From assembly GCF_006345805.1 (NCBI RefSeq), contig NC_043005.1, positions 70,432,001 through 70,496,000 on the forward strand: a DNA stretch of 64,000 bases, given 5' to 3'. Positions 22,900-35,410 of this stretch are shown one piece after another. Position 1 is the first letter of the stretch; each line of letters opens with the position of its first letter. Made by a program: the position numbers and the translations under genes. The DNA comes from Octopus sinensis (Eukaryota). Under the pieces are notes generated by a model. It was not told the DNA's origin. It was given only the letters and a program-made list of their open reading frames with translations, and did not search any database.

Positions 22900-24140
22900 T
22901 CCAAATTTTTATCGGTGAAAAGATATGGAATGCCAGAAAAGGTTAGATACCGAGGCCGTTCAGCGTAGAGAGAAATATAACCACATGGCTTCGGAAGGCG
23001 ACACCAGTGGCAAGGCTCCGGGATATTTTTGGCCTCTATAGATCTAGCTGTAGCATTTAGAAGGAGACAGGCTGACAAACTACAAGAAGTTGCGTGATAG
23101 GGATCATAGGAGTCAATTGGATGACAAGCAAAAATCCTAACGCATATTAAAGGAAGCATTTATAAAAGTAGTATCGGTAGCCTTTGGAAAGCTAAGAAAC
23201 ACGAGATAGACCAGGAAATTGAAAGATATCAATGTTAATTAAATTAAAAGTATGGAGGGCTTAGCAGAATTTCTGTAAGAATGAGATGATTTTTGGTGCT
23301 GCTTGCATTTGTAACTGATTTCCCGGATCACGTCTCAACACTTGTTCAACAAATGTCTGACATAAACAGACATGGCTTTAGCAAATCCAATAACTAGTGC
23401 AAGTGTGCTAACCCATCTAAGTTTACAGGATCTTTACACGGCAGTAACTGTCGGTAGAAGTGATACACGGCAATAACTGTCGGCGGAAGTGATACAAGGC
23501 GAATAAGTACAATGGTGATGAGTCAAGGGAGCGTTGCCAGATATTTAGGTGTCATCTTCAGAGGGCTAAACACTGCAAGGAACTATGACATGGAATGATC
23601 TTGTATAAGTGGAACTGTGGCATCCTTAGTAACATACTGCAATCAAGGAAACTAGCAGCAGGATGAGAATGAGCGGATAGCTGCTCTTTCTACCAAGTAA
23701 AGTCCCTTCTAATACTGTGGCCGATAGTAAAAGCAATAGTATGTAGGAAGTAACATGCGTTCTTTCTTTGATATCTATTGTGTCCCTGCATTTGTGAGTC
23801 TGGGATTGCTTGAGAACTAAATTGGAAAGAACAAGATAGAGTGATAGGCGAGAGAAAGAAATTATGCAGGAAAAACACCAAGTGATTTTCGCGGATCAAA
23901 TTGTTCAACGTGTTGTCATCCTTGTAGCCGCTAAAGAAAATTTTGAAACAGTATCCATCCAAATGCAAGAGAATAAATTAGTTAATCCAACCAAACTCCG
24001 TTGTATATCAGACTGGAGAACAAGTTGGTTACAAGTATACTATTGTCTTAAACCTACGCCTGGTAGGTAGTTGGTTTGATGGAGAAAACTGCGTTGAAGG
24101 ACAATGAAGGATGCTCAAGCCGAAACCTCCATGCGATGAT
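22900..24140 (+). mobile_element. Possible highly decayed Penelope-like element
   Basis: Frameshifted fragments in PLE order: DIFLASID (~23030), a DD-like motif (~23290), QRAKHC (~23565), YVGSNMRS (~23740), then an HHR-like aggatgctcaagccgaaac (~24105). Each piece is weak. Confidence 0.3.
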
Positions 24141-24142
24141 AT

Positions 24143-24548
24143 TCTTTTATTCTTTTATTCTTTTACTTGTTTCAGTCATTTGACTGTGGCCATGCTGGAG
24201 CACCGCCTTTAGTCGAGCAAATCAATCCCAGGACTTATTCTTTGTAAGCCTAGTACCTATTCTATCGGACCCTTTTGCCGAACCGCTAAGATACAGGGAC
24301 GTAAACACACCAGAATCGGTTGTCACGCGATGTTGAGGGGACAAACACAGATACACAAACATATATAGACACGCACACACATATATACGACGGGATTCTT
24401 TAGTTTCCGTCTACCAAATCCACTCACACGGCTTTGGTTGGCCCGAGGTTGTAGTAGAAGACACTTGCCCATGGTACCACGCAGTGGGACTGAACCTGGA
24501 ACCATGTGGTTGGTAAGCAAGCTACTTACCACACAGCCACTCCTACGC
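24143..24548 (-). mobile_element. Full-length tRNA-derived SINE family A
   Basis: Minus strand: gcgtaggagtggctgtgtggtaag (A-box), ggttccaggttcagtccc (B-box), internal simple repeat and (TAAAAGAA)n tail. Confidence 0.92.
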
Positions 24549-25315
24549 TTATATGAACAAGAAAAATAAAAATAAAATAGAATTTTACTATTTTCAGATA
24601 AACCTAGCTATAATATAAGAGGAATATGTTATGTATGCCATCATTTCGAAGGGGAATCTAACTTGCGATAGATCCTTTGTTTTTCATGAAGAAAGGTGTT
24701 TGGGAGGTTGAAAACACAGCTGAGTGAAAGAACTGTGTGTTTTTATCTGTTTCTCTAAGTCGGGGAGAATAATGCAGTTTGCAGAACGTGCACGAGAGAT
24801 TCCAATATTTATTCTCAAGACACGTTATAAGACTGCAAATTGTGCGTAGAGTTTCGCAAGAACAGCAGAGCAAGACTGTAAATTACGTATGGATATTCGC
24901 AACAGAATCCAAATAGGAAGGTAAAAATTTGTTCACTCCGTCATTACACATATATACATTATGTATATATAGATTACCCATATATACATATGTGGGTGCG
25001 TTGTGTATGCGTGTGTTTGTGCGTGCATGCGTGTGTTCATGTTTATATCTAGGTGTCTATAAATAAATCCCTAAAAATTGGACAAATCTTTCAATACCTA
25101 AGAATGTTCTCAAAAGCCTGTAGATATTTTAGAAATAAATACGTATATGTAAAAATTTCCCCTTCATATGTCTACACCTGGAGATATCATTAACATCTAC
25201 GAGCATTCTTCCCTTCTTAGAAGTCACACCGTTTCGAAATCCTTCCTTATTCCTGTCTTTTTCGCATATATTCATAGAAATTCTTCAAGAGAAAGAATGA
25301 CTACATTGATCTCAC

Positions 25316-25359
25316 CTGTTCTAGAGCACAAGCACAGACTATAGAATAGTGCTTTAGTG
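25316..25359 (-). CDS. Candidate 44-nt exon
   Basis: tttctttctttccttaccgggcccag | 44 nt | CAG/gtgaga. Two open frames (TKALFYSLCLCSRT or LKHYSIVCACALEQ). Confidence 0.2.
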
Positions 25360-26102
25360 CTGGGCCCGGTAAGGAAAGAAAGAAAGAAAGAGGTACTTGA
25401 GAAACCTTGAGTAAAATACACACTACACACATATATATCCATCTTGTCCACCTATAGATTATTAGTGTGTATACAATATAAATACGTGTATATGTTTCTC
25501 AACGCATATTTGCGAATGTATTACATCATGTAATGTAGAATATACCTAAAGGACTTTTAGTCGTGTTAAGACGATTGTAAAGCAATTCACCTATAAAATA
25601 CGTCTGCGTCTGCAATATGAAATGAAACACCTTTACAAATGTGTCAATTCCAATAGGAATCGGAAACACACATACTGTGTGGCATCGTATATAGAAAATG
25701 TATATTGTGTGTATGTGTGTGTGTATGTTCGTGTGTATGTATGTATGTACGTGTGTATGTATGTGTGTATATGTGTATGTGCATGTGTTCATATGTATTT
25801 TTATGTGTAATTGGATAAACAAAAATGCATACACATATTTACAGGAAATTACTGGTGTGTTCATAGTGTTTTGTTTTCTTACTAAAAATCATAATAAAAC
25901 CTATCTATAGTGTGGATTTCAGCCAACACTGCGTTTTGTGGCAATTGTAAACGATATATATATATATATATATATATATAGATATATATATATATATAAT
26001 TTCAACAATTGAGGGTAAAATTAATTAATTATTAATCAATTTCACCAAGTATTCAGTATGCAAAGGGACCATTTAAGGCGAATTCAAATTATTACATTAT
26101 AT

Positions 26103-26515
26103 AAAAGGGCTTAGTAAAATAAATTACTTTGCCGCATACTGAACTCATTAGAAATAGTAGCTAAAAAAACTTTTTTAAAACTATTTCTAATACTTAAAGA
26201 AAACCTCTCTCATATAGTGCTTGCTCAATTCAACTCACGAAAGTATGGGGGTAAAGACATTAAAAAATCAAATGCAAAGGTTATTTGAGAACGTACGTTT
26301 CAAGATTAGTCAACTCGACATTTCTATCATCAGCTCAGAACTCCTTTGCATTTGATTTTTTAATGTCTTTACCCCCATACTTTCGTGAGTTGAATTGAGC
26401 AAGCACTATATGAGAGAGGTTTTCTTTAAGTATTAGAAATAGTTTTAAAAAAGTTTTTTTAGCTACTATTTCTAATGAGTTCAGTATGCGGCAAAGTAAT
26501 TTATTTTACTAAGCC

Positions 26516-26520
<5 letters not shown>
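26103..26520. repeat. Perfect 178-bp inverted repeat with a 62-nt loop
   Basis: 26103-26280 and 26343-26520 checked base by base with no mismatch seen. (TA)n lies directly to the right and ~100 bp to the left. Confidence 0.95.
26286..26338 (-). ncRNA. Type-I HHR motif forming the hairpin loop (family 5)
   Basis: TGAG-CTGATGA-T-AGA(AAT)GTC-GAGTT-GAC(TAA)TCT-T-GAAAA-CGTACG-TT-CTCA. Helix I is 4 bp and helix III is palindromic. There is one extra A in the GAAA run. Confidence 0.65.
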
Positions 26521-26555
<35 letters not shown>

Positions 26556-27456
26556 TATACGTGCGTGTGTTTTCATATTTTGCTTAGGTATAGTGACATC
26601 AATAACCCGATCTAGAACTCACTATACGCATGTTCCTGAAAGAAGTGAGGCTGAGTTTAGAGCAGTAATAATAATTTGTTTTTGCCGCTGCCCATATAGA
26701 CACAAATGAAATTCTCTCCTAAATATATTGCATTTCATATACGAGGTCTTAGTGAAGCTATAAGGTGCTATTAAGGCATTCATCTAATAGCAGCAATACC
26801 TGTATGCTAATGAGATTCATAAGATAATTATCTATTTCTTTGTCAATTCCCTTTCTGATATACGTAAGAACAACGACACCAGCACAAATATCCACTACAA
26901 GAGCCCAACCAAAACAACTGCAGTGACACTCTCTGGGAGCAGCTAACACTCTTCTTGTATGAAACAAAAATCGATTACTTTAGATCACACGCGATAACCA
27001 CAAGACAAAAGTTATGAATATGCGACGAGTCTATTTAATCATCAAACAGCACATGGATTAAAATATAGTTAAACTACATAAAAATTTTAGAAGCTAAATC
27101 AGCAAAACCTGATTCAAGTCAGATAAATTTGACACTTTCCCTATACTACAGTGAAAAATACCCTTTTGGTCGCAAAACACAAAGATGTATATACGAAAAC
27201 ATTTTTCCACAGATAAGACTAAACAACAAGTGACTCATTTTCTTTGTTCCTTTCCAGCTTTCTCATTTATATTGTATATATGTTTAGATAAATTATATAT
27301 GCCAATCTCATCTTAAGGATACGTATACCAATATAATTTCAGTTGAACTATGAACATTTATTCTGTGAAAGATTATCGTTACAAATTTGATTTTTGATAC
27401 ATATAAACACTTAGAAATAAATTCTTCTCCACTTCAGTTAAAAAGTCAAATTTGTT

Positions 27457-27669
27457 TTAATTACATAATACATATGTATTTATATGTATATATATAAATA
27501 TGTTTGTATATATATATATATGTATATATATAGATAGATAGATAGATATACATATACACATATATAAATGCATATACAAACTCATATATATAAAATCATC
27601 CAGTATATAAGTACATATACACACACATGCGCATGCTCTCACATACATACTATAATATATATATAATAT

Positions 27670-27713
<44 letters not shown>

Positions 27714-27855
27714 ATATATATGTATGTATGTAATATATATATATATATTTACATATATATATATACATATATATATAGATAGATACATACATACATACAT
27801 ACATACATACATACATACATACATACATACATACATACATACATACATACATACA
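27457..27855. repeat. (TA)n/(TACA)n compound microsatellite
   Basis: Direct reading. Confidence 0.9.
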
Positions 27856-28374
27856 TTCAGGTGGTATGTGAGGATGAGAAATATTTAAATTTTCGTCGAG
27901 AATTCCAACATTATAATTAAAATTAAAATATAGTAATTAATGACTGAGAACATAAAATTTAAGAACTATTGGATTTCAGAATTGAAGATGTAATATCAAT
28001 TATTATAATAATTAATACAGCGGTTACAAAAACTATTATGTAGATTTCGATGAGATTTTGCAAAATTATTTTGGTTGGAGGAACAAATAAACCAATGATT
28101 GCAAAGTTTAAAATGAGAAAAATTATTATCAAAATGAAACTAATAAAAAAACAGTTTGAACATAATAATGGAAATTAATGATGAATTAATATAAAAACAA
28201 TAGAAATTTATAGAAATCGAGAAAAATTAGGAATTATATTACAAAAATACCTAATATAGGCAATATAATGAAACTACAAAACAGTGGAAGAAATTTCATA
28301 ATAGGAAAAATATCTATATCAGACTATAATGTATGCCTCTTTCTCTCTCTCACTCTCTCTCTATCTCTCTCTTA

Positions 28375-28428
<54 letters not shown>

Positions 28429-28429
28429 T

Positions 28430-28620
28430 CTTTTACTCTTTTACTCTTTTACACATTTACTTGTTTCAATCATTTGACTGCAGCCATGGTGGAACACCGC
28501 CTTTAGTCGAGCAAATCAACACCAGAACTTATTCTTTTAAAGCCTGGTTCTTATTCTATCGGTCTATTTTGCCGAACCGCTAAGCTACGGGGACGTAAAC
28601 ACACCACTATCGGTTGTCAA
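28430..28620 (-). mobile_element. SINE family A 3' half
   Basis: Matches the reverse complement of the 38260-38457 tail region. Confidence 0.85.
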
Positions 28621-28659
28621 ATACACACATGCACACACACACACGCACACACATACATA

Positions 28660-29927
28660 TCTCTTATTATAAAAGGCAGATTTTATCTGCCTCCCTTTGG
28701 GAGTTATAGAAATCTACAATATAGGATTTCTTCAATTACAATTTACCTAGCAATTTTAAGAGTACAATGCATCGCGTCATGCCAGGTCCAGTTTTTAAAA
28801 TTTAAACTCCAATTAAGCAAAATTTACAGAAAACTCACATTCTGGTGTGTGTGTCAAACGCTTTTCTTAGTCTGGTTTACACCACACGCAAACGCACACA
28901 CACACAAAGGGAGCGAATTGTTTCACTGACGCTATCACCTTTCTCCTCCTTTGTCTTTGCAAGTTGGCAGCTATTAAAGTGAAAACAGTGAATCCGACAG
29001 CGATTAAGAACACGAATTAGCACCTGAATGGAGTGAAAATTTAAAAAACTTTCTTTCGGTGATTTTTCTGAAGAAACTGCACCAAGCCACAGACTTTCCC
29101 AGAAGAGTAAAGCCTTACACTATTTCTATTTACTTTTTCGAATGAGCCCATTGAAATCATTACGGCAGAAACGAACTGTTACGCTAAACGTAAACAAAAC
29201 GAAAAAGAAACGATAGTTTGTTATTTCCCACAACCTTAAATGAAATTAAGGCCTATTTTACCATAAATATTATTATGGGTATCAGAAAGTTACCCAGAAT
29301 AACAAATTCTATCGTAAAATTTTGTTGTATACCCAATTGAATATTAGCTAATAACATTTTCTATAGCGATGTTTGAACAAAATTTTAATAATTTTACAGA
29401 AAGTTACCCAGAATAACAAATTCTATCGTAAAATTTTGTTGTATACCCAATTGAATATTAGCTAATAACCCATTTTCTATAGCGATGTTTGAACAAAATT
29501 TTAATAATTTTACAGAATGTTACCCAGAATAACAAATTCTATCGTAAAATTTTGTTGTATACCCAATTGAATATTAGCAATAACCCATTTTTATAGCGAT
29601 GTTTGAACAAAATTTTAATAATTTTACAGAAAGTTACCCAGAATAACAAACGAGCCCTTCAGGGTATTAGCGCGCGTCTACGATGAGTCTACGATTTAAA
29701 AAAAAATTACGATCATATTTCCATTTTAATGCATTTTTTTCGCTTTTATATAGGGAAGTAACTCTCTAAAAATATCTACGATGTGTCAACGATTTAAAGA
29801 AAAATTTACCTTAATTTTTTTTCAATTTTTAATGCATTTTTTTGCTATTTTTTGGCTATAACTCTCTAAAAATGCTTATATAGTTATTTCCCTTACAAAC
29901 CCGAGCAACGCCGGGCGATACTGCTAG
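28660..29927 (+). mobile_element. Non-autonomous Helitron
   Basis: 5' A|TC-TCTTATTATAAAA start; 3' CCCGAGC-AAC-GCCGGG hairpin, then CTAG|T. No TSD or TIR seen. Confidence 0.85.
29283..29650. repeat. 114-116-bp tandem repeat, three copies plus a partial, inside the Helitron
   Basis: Units start at 29283, 29397, 29513 and 29627 (cagaaagttacccagaataacaaa...). Confidence 0.95.
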
Positions 29928-30331
29928 TATATATATAAAATTAGTGTACATTTTTTTACACAAAAGAGGTGAGCTTAACAGGACATCTTACGTGCCAAAA
30001 GGAGCAGTTAAAGACAAAAGCACGGTTAAGAGTAATTTCGAAGGGGATGAAAGGTAAAAGCATTTTCAATAGGTGCCACATGTACCTAGGTTTCAAACAT
30101 CAATGAACAAATAAAATAATTTGCCATCCATGTTCTCAACAGCTTAGGCGGTATAATTAATATGTATTTGTGGAACATTGTTGACATCACGTGTTCCATC
30201 TATATACATTATAACTTTTCAAACACAACGCACAATGCGCAGTTATAGTCGGCAGCAAATAAAAATATATGTGCCGACATTCTTCAAAATTAGGAAAATT
30301 ATATTAAGAAAATATATAGGATATAAAAATT

Positions 30332-30370
<39 letters not shown>

Positions 30371-30447
30371 AACAACATAAAGATATGAATAATAGCATGC
30401 AAATAAGGATTAAAAGCTCCCTTTGAAAAGAGAATTTAAAAGAAAGC

Positions 30448-30520
30448 TTCCGATGGGACTTGAACCCACGTTACCTGTTGAAATTACAGTCTCCCTATTA
30501 TTGGACTATGCAACCATTTG
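30448..30520 (-). mobile_element. tRNA-like head fragment (degenerate SINE or tRNA pseudogene)
   Basis: Strong B-box GGTTCAAGTCCC on the minus strand. No complete cloverleaf. Confidence 0.4.
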
Positions 30521-30579
30521 AAATTTTCTATCTGTATTAGAAACGGTATTGGTGCCACTGTTATTTTATGTTGTGAACG

Positions 30580-30583
30580 TGTG

Positions 30584-30669
<86 letters not shown>

Positions 30670-30900
30670 ATATATGTATATATATATATATAAATATGTA
30701 TATATATATGTATATATATATATGTACATATATATATATATGTGTATATATATATATATATATATGTATATGTATATGTATATATGTATATGTATATATG
30801 TATGTATGTATGTATACATGTATGTATGTATGTATGTATGTATTTATGTATGTATGTATGTATGTATGCATGTGTGTGTATATATGTGTATATATATATG
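30580..30900. repeat. (TA)n/(TATG)n microsatellite
   Basis: Direct reading. Confidence 0.95.
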
Positions 30901-31059
30901 GCAGTCTAAAAGAAGAAAGTATGAATAACTAACAAGTTGTAGGAGTAGATATTAACGAAAGCGTAAGTTTTTTTGTAAAATGTACATGCAAGGGTTTTTT
31001 TTCCCGTTTACCCTTTTAATTCTATTTGTTGTTTTTTTTCTACATTATTTGTAATATTT

Positions 31060-31312
31060 ACATTTGACGGATATTTGTCCTCATCTTGTTTCTTGTTAGC
31101 ACAACGTTTCGGCTAAAATACTCTCCCGCACTCATCAGGTGTCTTGGGGAATTTTCGAACCTGGGTTCACATTCCTAAGGTATTTTTCGATGTTGTTGTT
31201 GTTGATATTATTATTATTATTAGGATTATTATTGTTGTTGTTGTTGTTGTTGTTGCTGTTGTTGTTGTTGTTGTTGTTATTCGGGTCACTGCTTGGGATC
31301 GAACTCGGAATC
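31060..31312 (-). mobile_element. HHR-bearing SINE-like element (family E) with B-box head fragment and internal (AAC/AAT)n
   Basis: Minus strand: GAGTTCGATCCC (31306-31295), then an AAC/AAT tract, then a conserved body containing CTGATGA...CCGAAACGTT. Confidence 0.8.
31099..31143 (-). ncRNA. Minimal type-I HHR motif (family 3, second copy)
   Basis: GACAC-CTGATGA-G-TGCGG(10)TAGCC-GAAA-CG-TT-GTGC. Core intact, helix II degenerate. Confidence 0.6.
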
Positions 31313-31768
31313 AGACGAAATACCTTTTTCTTTACTAACCACAAGGGGCTAATCATAGAGGGGACAAATAAGGACAGATAGATGGATTAAGTCGGTTATA
31401 TCGACCCCAGTGCGTAACTGGTACTTATTAAATCGACCCCGAAAGGATGAAAGGCGAAGTCAACCTCGGCGGAAATTGAACTCAGAATGTAACGGCAGAC
31501 AAAATATCTATTTCTTCACTACCCACAAGGGGCTAAACACAGAGGGGACAAACAAGGACAGACACACGGATTAAGTCGATTACATCGACCCCAGTGCGTA
31601 GAAATGTAAAGACAAGCGAAATACCTATTTCTTTACTACCCATAAGGGGCTAAACACAGAGAGGAAAAGTCGACCTCGCCGGAATTTGAACTCAGAACAT
31701 AACGGCAGACAAAATACCTCTAAGGATTTCGCCTGGTGTGCTAATGATTCTACCAGCTCGCTGCTTTG
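31312..31768 (-). mobile_element. SINE family B multimer (one head plus repeated headless units)
   Basis: Head (agcagcgagctggtagaatcattagcac) at the right end, B-box gagttcaaattcc, and three tail-to-body junctions of the type aaagaaataggtatttcg. Confidence 0.85.
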
Positions 31769-33412
31769 TTCTTAACTGAATAATGAATGCTCAAATGTAA
31801 TTTCACGCGCATGATAATTTCATACGTATTAAGTGCAAGAGTAATTGGCTGTTTGATATGGCCATCATTGTATATGATGGAAGAGTAGTTTGTATGCTGA
31901 TAGGGTTTTATTTATATTGTCCACTTCATAAAATGTTCCATGCATGAAGATATCCATTTCATCCACTTCAATAATGATCCAGTCCTACAAAGTTTAATAA
32001 AATACGTAATACTCATTTTAAGTGTTCAGTCTAAAATTTACAATCTCCACGAATATTAAAACGGTTAACTATATGGATATGTCATTAAATGAAACTACAA
32101 GGCTGCATCTCCTTTACATAGAACCTAATTAAAGGCTGTTATATAGTAATAAGCGACCTATTCTCTCATCCAGATTCTTAGAAGTACTTAACATTATTAA
32201 CAAATGGTTGTTCACAATGTCTTTCGATGAAAGTGTTTTCAATTGCCACTCCTAGTGTTATAAACAAACCTCAGTACAAGGTGTCGTTAAAGAAAATACG
32301 CAAGTAGCTTTCTAATAACACGGACAGAAGACTATATTCTCACAAGTCGTGCTTTTCTGTCCGTCCTTCAGAAATTTTCTTCAGATCACAATGATTTGCA
32401 AGAGATTTATTGAAAGAAACGAAATTAACGAAATAATCAGTAATTTTATACAGTGAAATCATATACGCAACGTAAAGATAAATAAGATTTATATTTTCCT
32501 TTTGGTTATAGTTTGTTTTCTCCTCCCACACCAAAAGGAGTAAAATGGCCATAAATAGTTCACTTACATATAGAACAATAGACTGAGTAATTCAAGGAAA
32601 GACAAATTCATGCGGAGAGTGAATAAGAAAGACAAGTTCAATGAAAATAACAGATTTACTGAAAACTTTGGATTTATTGAATATAGTTGCTTCTAATATT
32701 TGAAACTGTACTTTAGAGGAGTGTAAACGATTTTACAGTGAATGCTTTATAATCTTTTACACAACTTTACACTTAGTAAAACAGTCACTTTTCTGTTTGC
32801 ACGCTACATATATTATTTTATTGACATACGAAAGCTGAAAACATTCTTAATTGTCAATAAAAAGCATTCACTGAAGCATATCATTTACCATTTTCTTTAT
32901 CCGTGTGGAAGTTTTTACTAAAATATTTCCCTAGAAAGTTATTTTAATATTTTGGACAGAAGTATACAAAAATCCTTTCACAGACATCGTCTGACGCAAA
33001 TTTTATTAATGCACTCACACATAATCACAAATGTGAGGACGTTTATGTGGTTATTCGACCTGCTATAAACTGCAGCCAAGTCTCCTTCAAATCATTCAGA
33101 AAGACACATCAAAATGATAGAAGTAGAGCCACAACGAGAGACGTTGTTTATGGAGAAGACATCTAAATGTAAATGTTATACAATAAAATATTTTTATAAT
33201 AAATGTTTTTGTTTAACAAATATTAAAAGATTATTTAGCATTCACTGAAAAAGACAATCTAAATTTCGATAATTTACACAATTAAAAAACGTCAAATCTG
33301 ACATCTAATTTAGTTTGACAATCAAAACAGAATTAAAGTTAATAAAATTCTAATTCTTTCAATAATATTTTTGTACTCAAACTGAATATATTTTATATTC
33401 TTTTCTACTCTA

Positions 33413-33764
33413 GGCACAAGGCCCGATATTTTGTGGGAGGGGGCCAGTCGATTAAATTGACCCCAGTGCGCCACTGGTACTTAATTTATTGACCCCGAAA
33501 GGATAAAAGGCAAAGTCAACCTCGGCGGAATTTGAACGCAGAGCATAAAGACAGACGAAATGCCGCTAAGCATTTAACCCAGCGTGTTAAACATAGAGGG
33601 GACAAACAAGGACAAACGAAGGGATTAAGTCGATTACATCAACCCCAGTGCGTAACTGGTATTTAATTTATCGATCCCGTAAAGATTAAAGGCAAAGTCG
33701 ATATCGGCCTAATTTGAACTCAGAACGTAGCGGCATGCTAACGTTTCTGCTAGCGCGCCGCCTT
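33413..33764 (-). mobile_element. SINE family B composite
   Basis: Two gtcgattacatcgaccccagt / gaaaggataaaaggcaaagtc units, with head aaggcggcg at the right end. Confidence 0.85.
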
Positions 33765-34119
33765 AAAATAATCTTTTCTGCTATAGGCACAAAGCCTGAA
33801 ATTTTGGGGGAGGTGCACGTCGATTACATCGGCCCCAGTATTTAACTGGTAATATATTTTATATTATAGGATGCATTGCATTTTAAATCGACAAACAATT
33901 ATAATTTAAGGATATGTCCGTTTCTACCGTCAGCATTGGGGCGCATATAAAAAATTATTTGGATCAAATCTCTTCCATTTTAAATATCCTTTCTAATGCG
34001 CATGCATGTACGTAAGTCTTTTTTCTCTACAGTCCGCCTTATCAGACTCCACTTAAAAACCATTAGCATTTAATACGACGTACAGAAAATACAACAGGTC
34101 CCTAACGGCCAGCTAATAA

Positions 34120-34570
34120 GATTGGTTTCAAATTTTGGCAGAAGACCAGTAATTGGAGGGTGGGGCAAAGTGGATTACGTCGACCCCAGTGCTCAAATGA
34201 TACCTATTTTATTGTCTCTCACAGGATAAAAGCAGAAGTTGAACTCAGAACGTAAAGTTGGACGAAATGCCGCTAAGCATTTTGCTTGGCGTGCTAACGA
34301 TTTTTCCAGCCAATATACATATTGAAACACTTAATATATGATTCAATTTTAAGGCAGCGCGCTGGCAAAATCTTTGAGCACCCCGGGGGGGAACACTTAG
34401 CGGCATTCCGTCTGTCTTTACATTTTGAGTTCAAATTCCGCTGAGGTTGATTTTACCTTTCATTCTTTGGGCGTTGATAAAATAAACACCAATTGAGTAC
34501 TGGGGGCGATGTAATCGACTAGGCCCCTATCCCAAAATTGCTGGCATTGTGCCAATATTTGAAATCAATA
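34120..34570. mobile_element. Two divergent SINE family B copies, head-to-head (minus 34120-34310, plus 34351-34570)
   Basis: Both carry gagttcaa, atcgac.ccccag and the tail ggcacaa...ttgaaa motif in opposite orientation. Confidence 0.75.
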
Positions 34571-35410
34571 TATGGGTCAATTTCAAATAAATATAATTAA
34601 CAATTTGTATTGCGATATCAATGATTTGAGATATGTTATTATAAAAACGAACACAAAACATTGCTGGCATCCCCTGAAATAAAACAGAAATTGAAAGAAA
34701 TGTCCTTCACCATTGACCAGTTTCTAACAAGATTTATTTTAGATTTTATAGAAGTTAGTGGCAAGAAGAAAAACGATGTAAGATGCGTAAACTTTATTCA
34801 GATACGTGTTGCTAAAATGTTATGAACTACATTTGCTAGATTCGCTAACTATCAGCTCAACTATATCCTTCCTTATATCTTTTCAAGCCGCATATCTCAC
34901 TACATAAACAATACATTTGATAGATAATGTTGTTACACAAATTTAAAGATAATGTAGTGTAGGGTAGTTTTATTGCAAGCCATTTGTGATCTCAAACAAA
35001 TTTAAAGAGAATTGTTCACACAAATATAACGAATCTGTGACAACGTTTCAGGAAGCAAATTTTGCATCGAAGATCAAAGCAACGTTTCAAAAGAATCGGC
35101 TCAGTGCTTACTACAAGACATAAGATTGGAATCGCTTGCATTCAGAACTAATCATCATGGCCGTAGCTCCTTTTCAACCAGTGAGTGAGAATTGTTACTG
35201 TTAGTGAGTTCTCACTTTCTTTTCAAACCTCACATATCTATAAAATCATGTGGGGATTTTTCGTGACCACGAGATATTATAGAAGCTGTGGCAGGTAAGT
35301 CTGTGTGTCCCAACGCAACGCTGGGAAAAAAGCAGTTCTCCCTCACACTTACTATCTCCAATTCTATCAATTCGATATATTTATGTGTGTGTGTGTGTGT
35401 GCGCGCGTGC

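Noticed and set aside
23435-23505. 29-bp direct repeats as a CRISPR array
   Set aside because: The repeats are contiguous with no spacers, in a eukaryotic context.
29283-29650. 115-bp repeats as a CRISPR array or independent satellite
   Set aside because: No spacers, and they are internal to a Helitron.
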